From Amphiscolops sp. MND2022 (taxonomy: Eukaryota), in assembly GCA_964187785.1 (NCBI GenBank), contig OZ076409.1, forward strand, positions 66,404,001-66,468,000: a stretch of DNA of 64,000 nucleotides. Reading direction: 5' to 3'. The notes under the pieces were generated by a model. It was given only the letters and a program-made list of their open reading frames with translations. It did no database searches and was not told the DNA's origin. Numbering within the stretch: the first letter of the stretch is position 1; every line of letters begins with the position of its first letter. This document shows positions 25,626-36,758 of this stretch, one piece after another. The translations under genes and the position numbers were made by a program.

Positions 25626-25639
25626 AAATCCTATTCCCG

Positions 25640-25900
25640 AAGATGATGACGTTATTCAGGCTGAAACGGAATTTCGCTTCCGCCATTCTGACCAAGCGCA
25701 GCAAAAAGCAGAAAAAGTATATGAATGTGAAGTTTCTAGTACCAACCTCCAACCACCTGGAACGATTTTTTAGCTGTGCTGGAATGGCGAAGAGTGATTA
25801 CGCTGTAATTTGTCGCCTATGCGCCTCGAACAACAGTTGTTTTTAAAATACAATAAGTCATTCTGGGATTTACAAACTGTAAACGATGTTGTAAATGCAC
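25640..25900 (+). pseudogene. C-terminal remnant of the outer hAT transposase
   Basis: KFLVPTSNHLERFFSCAGMAKSDY then, after a frameshift, LEQQLFLKYNKSFWDLQTVNDV; clearly paralogous to the inner transposase C-terminus. Confidence 0.85.
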
Positions 25901-26439
25901 ACGAGTGACTCTCTTGTGTTGATAACTCAATGTCCTGATTGTCAATGTGTTTATTTTTCGATTTTTTTCAAAGAATTTAACTTTCTCACAAGCCTTTGTT
26001 ATTTTTCCAATTATTGCCAATAATTGCAATTATTGATTTTCCGTTCCACCAATTAAAATTAATTGGTTGTAGATGTTTCCAATTATCAATTAATTGTTTT
26101 CCAATTTTTTTAGAGCCAATTTAATTGCAATTAATAATTGCCGGTCCCTGATTCTGATACAACCGTCGGGGAGAAGTCCCTTCAGCCTAGCTGTAAAGTC
26201 ACTACAACAACAACAAGATAATGAACGTTTTCCACCGTTACGATTTTAATTTGAAAAATGTTCGATACAACATACCTGGTTGTGCTGTGTACTGAGTTTG
26301 TGCTTGTTGAATGTCAACTGTAATTCGTAGATGTCTTTGCTTGTTGTAATTTGTGATTCTGTGAAGTGAACTTTTTATCTCTCTGTCGACAAGATTTTCA
26401 GTCGCAATGCATGATAATACGTTACGCAATGCGCATATG

Positions 26440-26621
26440 CGTACGTGTGTTACGCAATGCGCATATGTCGACATATCCTCGGATTGAAGCCAAAGAGCCT
26501 GGAGTTTTCGAAAGCAGTTTTTTTCGAATTCGTACGTGTGTTACCCAATGTGCATATGTCGACATATCCTCGGATTGAAGCCAAAGAGCCTGGAGTTTTC
26601 GAAAGCAGTATTTTCGAATTC
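26440..26621. repeat. 91-bp tandem repeat, two copies
   Basis: CGTACGTGTGTTAC...TTTTCGAATT at 26440-26530 and 26531-26621; partial extra copy at ~26420. Confidence 0.9.
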
Positions 26622-26859
26622 AATTCTAATATGCGGTGCTTGTTCTGGAAACGACATATATTCTTAATTTTTTGCTCGCATGTCGTTTTTCGTTACTCTC
26701 GTTATCACGGTTGTATATGCATACATGATAACATTTAGTTTTCTGATGCTTTAAAACATTCTCGTCAACAACTATGTCGACATGAATTATCCTTTTCAAT
26801 TCAGTCTCAACAACAGTACCAACAGTCCTCAACACTGATCTAAAAGCTGGAATATCAAT

Positions 26860-27135
26860 CGAGAATACTCAATGATGACCAAAGCAGCTTCGTCCCGGTA
26901 GTTTTATCGTGCACCGGAGGCGCTGTATCTTCTGCTCAGGAATTGATGCAACGACAACCTGAAAAATCAGCGGACAAGGCTATGAACCTTACGCTGAAAC
27001 TGAACTACAACCACACAAAGCTCAGCTTCGTTCTCCTCAGAAGCTCGATACTCTGTTTGAGAGGATGTATGACTTTGAAAAATTCCACCCAGTTGAAAAT
27101 TCTTAGTGAAGTCATTGAAGAGGGAAGGTTCTGGT
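26860..27135 (+). pseudogene. 3' fragment of a CRE-like (RLE-type) non-LTR retrotransposon
   Basis: SSFVPVVLSCTGG...TKLSFVLLRSSILCLRGC, matching the fragments at 29.4 and 31.0 kb. Confidence 0.65.
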
Positions 27136-27157
27136 GTGTACGTGTTCCTTTTTTTAA

Positions 27158-27592
27158 GGTGGTTTCCCAAATGACATAAATGCAAATAACAAAAATAAAT
27201 TAATTCCCAGAAAACATAAAAGTACATTGAATTCCCATTTAACAATAAAATATTATTATAACGCAGTCAGATATGTTCACATACCCCTAGTGCCCTAAAT
27301 GCAGGAGCGAAGCGGAGCGACGTGCCATATGGCCATGCCTCAATGTTGCTACTTGGCGAACGGAGCGAAGCGACCGAGCCATACAACAAATATGCAAACC
27401 TTTTCAAATAAATCAAGTTCCAACATATTGGCTGTAACAATGATTCAGCGCAAGCGAGAAAATAACGCAAGGTTGAATTTCAATTTTCAACCAATCATAA
27501 CCGTTTATTTGTTTTATGTTTTCTGGGAATTAATTTCTTTATATGTTATTTGCATTTATGTCATTCGCATTTATGTCATTTGGGACGTAATC
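27158..27592. mobile_element. Foldback MITE with ATGACATAAATGC repeats, containing module A
   Basis: Left arm (27158-~27240) is inverted at ~27470-27592; TTTTTAA on both flanks. Confidence 0.8.
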
Positions 27593-28221
27593 TTTTTAAC
27601 ATGCGGTGAAGTTTTTGTTCGATGCAGTGTGTTTATTGCTGCTCAGGGGACCGGTAATTGACACTGCACATGAGGTGTGCAACCTATGCCGCTTTCTTGA
27701 CGACGAGTATTGAGTATACCGATGTGCAAGGTCCCCTTTAAAAATAGTCGCGTTCATTAAAATGAAAAGTTACCGATCATCAAAGTTTCAGCACCAAACC
27801 GAGCTTCGCCATGCTGACAAGCAGAATTTTTTGCATAAGAGGTTGTAGATCGAAATTGAATCAATGCCCTTATTGCCTTAGTGGGAATGTGACAGACATA
27901 GCTCTCCACAAAGACACATTGCCATCGTTTTTAGCGTCTCACATCCATCGCGCTTAACCGAATCTTCACGGAACTCGTTTTCCGTGAGGTCGGAATGTCA
28001 ACCCGTTCAGCGAGCTCGACTCATTTTCAGTTAGGTCTTGCGAGTAAAACTGGTTTTCATCTAGTTTCAGCAATGATGCCATTTTCCTCCAACAGTCAAT
28101 TTCCTTTTTTCCGTGTACGTTGATTGTGTGTTTCCAGGGTTTTTCGGTGTTGTTGTCTTCAAAAAGCTGTTTTTTTTTAAAAAATCAGAATGATAATACA
28201 TACACATATCACGTCACGTTA

Positions 28222-29210
28222 TTACACTTGCGATAAGCAAGTGTTATGGGAAAGTGCGGGTGCTTTTTTTTCCGCGCGACAACTCTCTGATTTCACGCGG
28301 CAACTCGCACGTTTCACGCGTTCGTGGTCTAGTGGTAAGATGCTTGCTTTTCAACCCAGAGGTTTCGTGTTCGAACCCGTGGGTATGCGCTAATTTTTTT
28401 AAAAGTATTCCGAAGCAGAAGGTTCTGACTTTTTTCGGCACTATGAGACTTTTCGGCTTTGTGAGACTTTTTTTCGGTTTTGTGAGACTTTTTTTCGAAA
28501 TTTTTTAAATGTCCCCAAAGAGTCCTCCTTCCAATTTTTTTTTGATATTTTGCAAGAGAACGAATGTTAAAAAATCCCAAAGGGTCCCTTTTTTCAGAAT
28601 ATCGGCACTATGAGACTGTTCAAAATTGTAATTTTTTTTCAAAAATTTTTTAGACTCTATTTTTTTCAAAAATTTTTAAATGTCCCCAAGGCGTCCTCCT
28701 TTCATTTTTTTGAAATCTTGCAACAGAACGAATGTTATAAAATCCTAAAGGAGCCCTTTATCACATTTTTCGGCACTATGCGACTTAGCGGAAACTAATT
28801 TTTTCTCAATTTTTAGTTTTAAAAGACCGATCTTTTTTCTATGCGACTTTTTTAAAATGTTTTCACCGAAGCTCCTGCTCAATTTTCACAAGAAACGAAA
28901 CGTTTTGCGAGAGGACTCCTGAAGGCTTTGCGACTTACCGGAGACCATCAAAAATGTTTTCGAAAAATTTTGAATTTTTTCTATTTTTTGTTTAAGGTTT
29001 TCCGTTGAGAAAGAATGGGTTTTTTTGCTGTTTTCAGTTGCGGAAGAATGGTTTTCGAGGCTTACGCGTATCCCTTCGGGTATTTTTTGGCGCTGTAAAA
29101 TTGATGAAATTTTAATCTCCTTTTACCCTTGGTTTTCCGTATGATATTGCTTATTTGGTTTTCTTCAAAAGTTCGCAAGTATTTGCGAAGCACGGCTTCG
29201 CCTCTGTGTA
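28222..29210 (+). mobile_element. Helentron/Helitron2-like non-autonomous element, family 2, with tRNA-like segment
   Basis: 5' hairpin ACACTTGCGATAAGCAAGTGT; near the 3' end the inverted motif CGCAAGT is followed by hairpin GCGAAGC-ACG-GCTTCGC and CTCTGTGTA; second copy at 48229-49109. Confidence 0.7.
28317..28390 (+). pseudogene. tRNA-derived sequence (Glu-like) inside the repeat; not a functional tRNA
   Basis: A-box TGGTCTAGTGG and B-box GTTCGAACC at tRNA spacing; stems degenerate. Confidence 0.65.
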
Positions 29211-29410
29211 AAAAATAATTATTAAAAATACGCTATCAATTATTGATAATAATAGAAAGAAAAAACCATTGAATAAAGAAAAACAAAACTGGTTGCATGC
29301 TTAATGGGATGATCACGGGGGGTAAGAAAATGGAGCACCAAAAAAGGATTGTCGGATGAAGCACCGAAGAGCTCTCTTAAATGAAGCACCAAAAATGGAT
29401 TGTCAAGTAT

Positions 29411-29700
29411 CTAGGACAGCCTTCCCTCTTGCACGATTGCGCCTATTGATGATTCTTCAATAGGGTGGCTACGGCGTAGAGCCCTGCATCCGCGCAGACA
29501 GAGAATGGAGCTTCGAAGCAACGCGAAGCTGACCTTAGTTATGATGTAATTCATGGTCTCTGCGTAGCTTTCGAGGCTCTTTTCGCTTATCTTAGCTGCG
29601 AGGCAAGACATCACTTTGGATACTGATGGACCGGCGCCTCCGGTGCAGGCAAAGACTAGCGAGTTGAAGGAACTGTTTTCGACATTACAGATGCGTTGTT
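29411..29700 (-). pseudogene. 3' fragment of a CRE-like non-LTR retrotransposon
   Basis: QRICNVENSSFNSLVFACTGGAGP...TKVSFALLRSSILCLRGCR. Confidence 0.75.
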
Positions 29701-30109
29701 TTTTTAAAAGTATTTTCAAATACAATGTCATTTGTTAGTGTCTCCTTTTTAGTTTTTGATCACGTCATCACCCATTCATTGTCCTAAATAATAGTAAATT
29801 GTGGATTACCTTAGTGTTAGACTTCAGTAAGCTGCATGGGTGTTTCTTCTTGATTTGATTTTCAAACTAACCTGATTGGAAAAGAGCATTTGAGATGCTA
29901 GCTTGAGATGACTCTCTCGCTTTTCGATTACTGATAAAACAGGAAAGGTTTCGCGTGGAAAAACACTTCACGCGTGCAGTCATACAAGCAGTAGCCTCAC
30001 GATTCATTCAAGTTTTTCTGAATGTGAGCAAGTTTACATTTCTGAAATGATCAGTTTTATTTCGTTCAAAAATTATCAATTAATTGAATCAAGTTTAATA
30101 TAAACTATC

Positions 30110-31110
30110 AACACAAGAGTCGCAGTGGTACTGCGATATTTTTTTGCGTATTTCCATAGTATGCATCTGGAAGAAAAATCCAATAACTTCCAGTCTCAAT
30201 CTTCCAGCTACATCGACTCCACTAATTCCATCACTGACAGGAAAAAACACTGTAACGACCACTGATAGAATTTTGTTCTCCCTACCCGTGAGAAATGGAG
30301 GTCTCAACATAACCCTTCCGGAAGACAGCATTAATAACGTCAGAGGTCCAAATCACTCGGTGACTGCCTGTCTAACGCTGATCCCATGACAGCTGAAAAC
30401 TCACAACATAGGAATACTAATGGGCGCGTTATGAGAGAAGAAAAGAAGATGTTGACGGAAAAAAATAGGCAAAGTGAAACAGGGTGCCACGGAAGATCAG
30501 CTCTACGCCCTGCAACTGGCGTCGGAGAAAGGGGCATCCAGTTGGCTCAACGCCTTACCCCTCAAAAGATACGGCTTCTCATTAACGAAGACGGAGTTCC
30601 GCGATGGTCTTGCAATTCGTTGTGGATGGGAACCGAAGAATATCCCTGCATCATGTCCATGTGGAGAAAATTTCAATCTAGCGCACGCACTACACTGTGC
30701 CAAAGGCGGATATACCCATATGAGACACAACGGAATCTGCGACACTTTCGCAAATCTCATGAAAGATGTTTGTTTCGATGTTGAACTTGAACCAAAGCTT
30801 CAGCCAATAGAAGGTGAGTCCTTCGATAACAAAACAACGACCACTGAAGACGAGGCCAGGATGGATATCAAAGCAAACGGTCTATGGGAAACGAGATTTA
30901 ATCGTACGTTTTTTGACGTGAAAATTTTCAGTCCTCGTGCAAAATCTTGCCCCAGAACCATCAAAGAAGCCTTTATCTTCATGAAGCTCAAAAACGATTG
31001 AAGTACGAGCAACGAATAGTCGAAGTTGAAAACAGCTCCTTTAACCCGCTCGTGTTTGCCACCACTGGTGGAGCAGCACCGACAGCCTCTAACGTAATGA
31101 GCAGGCTAGA
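30110..31110 (+). pseudogene. CRE-like non-LTR retrotransposon fragment (post-RT region, CCHC finger, RLE endonuclease)
   Basis: LPVRNGGLNI, GASSWLNALPL, EFRDGL, CPCGENFNLAHALHCAKGG..RHN, RMDIKANG..FFDVKIF, KRLKYEQRI..FNPLVF; several frameshifts. Confidence 0.8.
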
Positions 31111-31474
31111 TTCATTCAGACGTGCATTTATTTGCTAGATTCCACTTTACAACGAGCAATGTTTAACAATGGTATATTATGCAGTAATTTATAAATTTTC
31201 CTCCACTTACCAAGGTTTACAATATTTATTTTTTGGGACCGTTAGTGACACTGCAAGGAGGCTCTGCAGCGTATATGACACCCTCTCCAAGTCTTCCCGA
31301 CTCGCCCTCCTCTTATCAACGGGCTCCTTTCTTAGTTTGCACCAACATGAAAAAGGGGTTTCAGTACGCACGGTCCTTTTTTTGTCTCAATCGTTTGCCA
31401 AGTATAGCAATATTTTGAAATTCTTATCTGAAAGCTAATCCATGCCCTTACGCATGTACATTCGCAAAATGAAA

Positions 31475-32012
31475 ACAAGCCGGGAACGGCCCAAGTCGGC
31501 GCCATATCTAAGGCTCAAAAAAACAAAAGGACTTCAAAGTGTCAAGTATTCTCTTCTACAGTACCCGTTTGAGGAAAAATTGAAAAAAAAAATCCGATTT
31601 TTTTGAAAATTTTTAAATTTTTTCGGTCTCCCGTAAGTCGCATAGTGCCGAAACATGTAAAATGGGGCCCTTTGGAAGTTTTTTAACATTCATTCTTTTG
31701 CAAAATAGACAAAAAAATGAAGGGTGGACCCTTTGGAGATATTTGCGAAAAAAGTCTCACAAAGCCGAAAAAAATTTGCACAAAAAAATTTTGGTCATGG
31801 CGGGACTCGAACCCATGTCATTCTGCTTGTCAGACCTCGAAAAAGCCGTATTGGCCAAGTGGCAGTGAAGTAGCGTGACACAGTTTAGTGTTAGTGCCGG
31901 TTTAGTGCCAACTTATAAAATTTATAAAATCTGTCAGTTCGTTGGTCTTTAAAAAAAAGAAGAAGAAGTCACTACTATAGTCTGCGTTTTTCTTCGAAAA
32001 GCGCCGACTAAA
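31475..32012 (-). mobile_element. Complete Helentron/HINE-like family-1 element with tRNA-like B-box
   Basis: On the minus strand: T-run + AGTCGGCGC at the 5' end; GCGCCGACT + hairpin GCCGTTCCCGGC + TTGTT at the 3' end; GGGTTCGAGTCCCG at ~31801-31814. Confidence 0.8.
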
Positions 32013-32550
32013 AAAGTTTCGAGTATTTTCCTCGCTTTCGTCCTTGCAATATCTCATATAGTTCGAGAAGATAGCCTTAACTAAAAGTTAAAAGCAAGGA
32101 AAATCTTAAAATTTCAGGTATAGCGGCTTTTTATCGTTGTGTTAAAACCGAAAACGGTAGTGTTGTTTACACTGAAAAAATACGGAAGTTTTGACACTGC
32201 TTGCTCTTAAATCTTAGGTAAACTCAGAAATTGGACTTTTCTCTAGCTTGAAACATCCGAAAATTAACTATTGCAAAAGACAAGTTGCACAATTCCTTTA
32301 GGCTTGGAAAATGCCAGTTTATTTAATTCTTGTACCAAGGAGGTTGCGCTTTTGAATGAAGCAAGCGAGAGGTAATTCTTCGTTCGTTTACCGAAGTGCT
32401 CGCCTAAATTCAAATACCAATAGTAGCTGAATTTTCTTTGCTTCCAGTAACGAAGTTAATAGTCAGAAGAATCAATGGCGATGTAAACTGATACACTGAA
32501 AAACTGCGCGCTATATAATGAAGAACAGAAATGTATAGTTATTTCAGTCA

Positions 32551-32951
32551 GCCCGACTATTACAGTGGATAGTTTTTTTTTAGACCCGAAAGGTCCACTT
32601 TTTTGTTCATTTGTTCAACAACCTCAAACCTCAACAACTTCAAACCTCAACAACTCCAACCTCAGAAGCGCGTCCAAAACAAAAAAAAGACAAAACAGAC
32701 GTCCACAACCTCGAAATCACACTAAGGATCCCCCACTTTTTTTCGGGACTATGCGACTTTTTGAAACTTTTTGGATTGAAATTTTTTCCCCAAAGGGTCC
32801 CCTTTTTTTGGAAAATTTTTTCATGTCTCCAAAGGGTCCCCCCTTCAATTTTTTTTTTGCAACCAGCTGGAGTTTCACAAAGCCCGAAGGGTCCCCCTTT
32901 TAAATTTTGAGCCTTAGATATGGCGCCGACTTTGGCCGTTCTCGGCTTGTT
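32551..32951 (+). mobile_element. HINE-like family-1 element, 5'-eroded
   Basis: 3' signature TTTTGAGCCTTAGATATGGCGCCGACTTTGGCCGTTCTCGGCTTGTT; AAAGGGTCCCC internal repeats. Confidence 0.7.
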
Positions 32952-33054
32952 ACTTCCGAGCTCCTAACTGAAAATATCAAAAATAAAGAGACAGACAAAC
33001 AGGTTGAATTGTTTTTCTCGAAAATGGCCCACTTTAATCTTGGGCTAACTCTTC

Positions 33055-33811
33055 AACAAGCCTGGAACGGCCCAAGTCTGCGCCCCGCTCAAACTTCAAA
33101 AAAAACCAAGTTTATTAAGTATGCAAAATTTCGTAAAAATTTACAGTGCCGGATATTGCCCGAATGAAATCAAATTTACAGCGCCAAAAATACCCGAAAC
33201 ATGCAGAAAGTCAAAAACTTTTCTTTTCGGAAAAGCCTCACAGTGCCGAAAAACTCAAAATGAGACCTTCAGGAAACTGGTTTTTCCTCAGATATCGAGA
33301 AAATTCTTCAGTTCCACTGGACCAAAAAATAATCAAAGAGGTCATCTTTAGTACTCGGAATGAGATTTTCCTTGCAGAGAACTTAGAAAAAATTATGAAG
33401 TTTTTAATTTTCGAAAATTCCGAATTTTTCAAATCTTCGGAAAATCGCTTTGTGTCGAAAAAACGTAAGGTGGCCTTGTATGCTCGCAAAACGCTTTGTT
33501 TCTACTAAAAATCAAGAGAGGGTATTTTGGTTGAAAAAATTCCGAAAAAAGCTGCATAGTGCGGAAAAAAGCCAAAGTGGGGACCCTTTCGTCTCCCTCT
33601 GCTTTTGCAATGATAAAAATATTTTGGTTTAGTGCTAGATTCGAACCCACGCTCTCATGCTTCTCAGACCTTGGAAAATCCGGGTTAAAATCTCTCGGAC
33701 AACTGGCAGTTAGAAGTTATTCGAACTTAAAGGTTTGCTTATAAAATCTTTCAGTTCGCTTGTCTTGAAAAAGCCACTGCTATAGTTTGGTCTTCGAAAA
33801 GCGCCGACTAG
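33055..33811 (-). mobile_element. HINE-like family-1 element
   Basis: AACAAGCCTGGAACGGCCCAAGTC at the left, GAAAAGCGCCGACTA at the right; B-box-like GATTCGAACCC at ~33638. Confidence 0.7.
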
Positions 33812-34256
33812 AAATAGGAATAAAATCTTTTCCGAAGAAAAGTCACACAGTGACGAAAATCTTTTATTTGTGCTCAAGAACACTCATTGAGACTCTCATC
33901 GATCTCACAGCCAAGAAATAACCGAGAGGTCACCTTTGAGAATCGAAGAGTAGTTTGATTCACCTGAAAACAAAAACCCAAATTAAAAGGAAATGATTTT
34001 TCGAATAAGAAAATCGATATTTTCCAAGATAAGGCGCGCACAGCCAATAAACACAAAGGGATACCCTCTAAGCTCAGAAAATGCTGGGGGATGAGGGGGC
34101 GATTTTTTACAAGGTGGTGATGGCGGGAGTTTTGCTCGGTTGCGAATGCTGAAAAAAAGGCGACCATTTTTTAAATTGGACTTCTGGAGTGGATATTTGG
34201 GAATATGATTGAAAGTACTAGATCATCTCACCCTGTGATCTTACGTTTCAGATGTC

Positions 34257-36758
34257 ATGAGTGTGAACATTGAGAAGTACGTTCGACTGAACACTGCATG
34301 GTCAGCTCTTCCGGAGGACGTGAAGAAAAGTCTGAACAACTCAGAAGTGGAATACAGCAAAGTGGTTCGCCAGTTTTCTACCAAATGCCAGTTGAGATAT
34401 CGCGAAAATTTGATCCAGAGTGTTTTCCGTGATGAAAAACAATACTATAAGCACATGCTTGATTTCTGTATAGAGAATTTAATGCTATATCCTTATCATT
34501 TATCAGACATTATGCATTCCTTGAAAATGCCCCCATTTTTGTATTACACTACAATGGTGAAAGATTTGATGAACGCTGAACGTAGTTATGACTCGCTACC
34601 GAATTTCACGGCTGTTGACTGTTTGCGGTTGTTGGGAATCGGTCGAAACCAGTATATCGATTTGATGAATCAATCGAGGGTGCATCGCAGCTCCAGTTTT
34701 CAGAAGTTTCTCAAGAGAAGATCTGTCGCTGATTTACTTCCGTCCAATCCTATTGAAATCAAAATCTTGCCTTGGTGGAGGGTTAACTTGAGCATTATCA
34801 CTGAAGTTGATGTGACTAAATCTTCGGAGGCTGAGAAAAACATGATTGACTTTTTGATAGAACACAAAAAACATGTTGCTGGAAAACTTGATTTAGATAT
34901 TCTGAGAAGTCTGCACAAACGCAACTTGATATTCTTTGATGTACCGGTTTACAACGACGATACTGTGTCGTTACCACCCCTGGATAATTTTGTAATGAAT
35001 CGAACATCGGGGGACGAGATTGAAAACTTGATTTATAAGCTTTTCCAACTTCTTGATGACAATACCACAATGAAGGAACTTTCAGTTCTAATGGAAGTGG
35101 ATGTGAATACTGTCAACATGATAGTTTCTCTGATGTGTCGTTTAGGGTTTTGTCACAAGCATCGCAGTGAGATTGACCCAGATCAAATGCATGGATCTTG
35201 GAAGTCCGATGATTACACTGTGAACTCGCATTCTAATCAGAGGAAAATAAGTGATAATTTATCAAACAAATCTGCAATAAACAAAGTAATTGACTTCGAC
35301 AACATGGATGAAATCACAGATCTACTAGATTTGACACCCTCCCCGGGTTCTGGTGCAACGTCGCCTGATGTGACTGCTTCAGCTAAGAAGCAGCCATTGA
35401 TGGAAGAATTAGAACTTTCATCTGAACAAACTTCCTCAAAGCCAAAACTTGCTTTCCTCTTTGACTCTACTCTGACAGCTTTCCTTATGATGGGTAACCT
35501 GACGTCTGGCTTGAAAACCCATGCAGTAACTATGTTTGAAGTCGGTAAATTATCTGACGAGTCTATGGATAGTTTCATTTCTGAACTGGAGAAAATAAAA
35601 CTAGAAATTGACGAGCAAGAAGGCGAAGCGCAAAGATACTTCGATCACGCTCAAGTACTTCTGCGGACAATCAAAAGATTACGTCACAATGAAAATATTG
35701 TAACTCCCGATCAACAAACTGCGCCAGGAATTGACCTCCTACGCTGTGAAAGTTTACTGAACTTAGATTTTGAAGTGTGCAAACGATTGATGCAGAAAAA
35801 CTATCACGTGTTAATCTCAATGGCTCCTCTATCACAAGAAGTGTCACCCGTCAGTTGTCATCTTCCATATCATATCGGACCTTTCATTCCAGAAATGAAC
35901 TCTCCCTGGTTCAAACTGTACCTGTACCAAACTTTGGGCCAAGGTCCTCCGTCTCTGCTTTTGTGTCGCGGCTTCAGACTTCGTCAACTGCCCGTTATGT
36001 TTTACAACTACGACAAATTGTTGGTCACATGTTGGGGTCATGACTCAATGATTGTTCACGCCAACAACTGTTTGATCATGCTCAACGACGCTCTGTGTAA
36101 CATGCCTGTGCTAATCCAAGGACATTCCGGGATCATTAGCGAAGCTTCCAGTGTTAAGTACTTGCCATTTCCAGTGGGCGAGTCATCTGGATCTGCTGAC
36201 CTAAAAGACAACGAAACTTCGATCATTCACGATACTAACAAACAAAAGTTGATGACAAACTTATCGCAACACTTCGACATATCAAATGCATTCGGGTTCA
36301 TCACGCTGGTGCAGTCTGGTGCAACCAACAATCTTGGTCTATATGACGCGAAAACAGATGACGGAGATATTAATGAATTAGCAAATCTAGAAATCAATGA
36401 ACTCGCTGACAACAGCATGATTTCTGAAGTATCTCGAACGTGTAATCAAGATTGGATCATTTTCGACATGGATTACGGGCTTCCGCTTTTCGACGAGTCT
36501 CTAAATAGTTACGTTTGCGATAAAATTACAGACTCAGACATCCTTTCGGAATCTAAACAGGAAAAATTCCTCCAGTCGAATATTTCACTTGCAGGGAAGC
36601 TTCTCAATTTCATTCAGCAGTGCTGCGAAATTCAAGACGAAGATACTGGAGATAGTAAACTTGGCATCGAAGCGCATATAGCTTCCAGGAAACCCGTTCA
36701 ACTCCCAGTCTCAAATGTTATCTACAATAATGGAAAAATTAATTTGTGGAAAGTGTGA
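34257..36758 (+). CDS. FAM91A1: Protein FAM91A1 (833 aa, single coding exon)
   Basis: Conserved motifs LYPYHLSD, SYDSLPNFTAVDCLRLLGIGRNQYIDLMN, AFLFDSTLTAFLMMGNL..GLKTHAVTMFEVGKLSDES, EGEAQRYFDHA, DLLRCESL. Confidence 0.95.
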   Translation: MSVNIEKYVRLNTAWSALPEDVKKSLNNSEVEYSKVVRQFSTKCQLRYRENLIQSVFRDEKQYYKHMLDFCIENLMLYPYHLSDIMHSLKMPPFLYYTTMVKDLMNAERSYDSLPNFTAVDCLRLLGIGRNQYIDLMNQSRVHRSSSFQKFLKRRSVADLLPSNPIEIKILPWWRVNLSIITEVDVTKSSEAEKNMIDFLIEHKKHVAGKLDLDILRSLHKRNLIFFDVPVYNDDTVSLPPLDNFVMNRTSGDEIENLIYKLFQLLDDNTTMKELSVLMEVDVNTVNMIVSLMCRLGFCHKHRSEIDPDQMHGSWKSDDYTVNSHSNQRKISDNLSNKSAINKVIDFDNMDEITDLLDLTPSPGSGATSPDVTASAKKQPLMEELELSSEQTSSKPKLAFLFDSTLTAFLMMGNLTSGLKTHAVTMFEVGKLSDESMDSFISELEKIKLEIDEQEGEAQRYFDHAQVLLRTIKRLRHNENIVTPDQQTAPGIDLLRCESLLNLDFEVCKRLMQKNYHVLISMAPLSQEVSPVSCHLPYHIGPFIPEMNSPWFKLYLYQTLGQGPPSLLLCRGFRLRQLPVMFYNYDKLLVTCWGHDSMIVHANNCLIMLNDALCNMPVLIQGHSGIISEASSVKYLPFPVGESSGSADLKDNETSIIHDTNKQKLMTNLSQHFDISNAFGFITLVQSGATNNLGLYDAKTDDGDINELANLEINELADNSMISEVSRTCNQDWIIFDMDYGLPLFDESLNSYVCDKITDSDILSESKQEKFLQSNISLAGKLLNFIQQCCEIQDEDTGDSKLGIEAHIASRKPVQLPVSNVIYNNGKINLWKV

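Larger units (their letters stand above)
23655..26150 (+). mobile_element. Outer hAT element (internally deleted) enclosing a second hAT
   Basis: Perfect 23-bp TIR CAGGGACCGGCAATTATTAATTG; perfect 8-bp TSD ATTCTGAT (23647-23654, 26151-26158). Confidence 0.95.
20800..26216 (+). mobile_element. Decayed CR1/L2-type LINE (APE + RT), interrupted by a MITE and a composite hAT, ending in a (CAA)n tail
   Basis: GPDGIPP, NYRPVAIL, DMAKAFDKVPH, SGIPQGSVIGP, FINDLP, YADDLK, KDLGL motifs with stops and frameshifts; tail ACTACAACAACAACAA at ~26201-26216. Confidence 0.85.

Noticed and set aside
27644..27660. CAGGGGACCGGTAATTG resembling the outer hAT TIR
   Set aside because: Single imperfect end with no partner or TSD found.
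34700..36418. Antisense and alternate-frame ORFs over FAM91A1 (similarly over BEL pol and the hAT transposase)
   Set aside because: Shadows of real coding sequence with no independent support.
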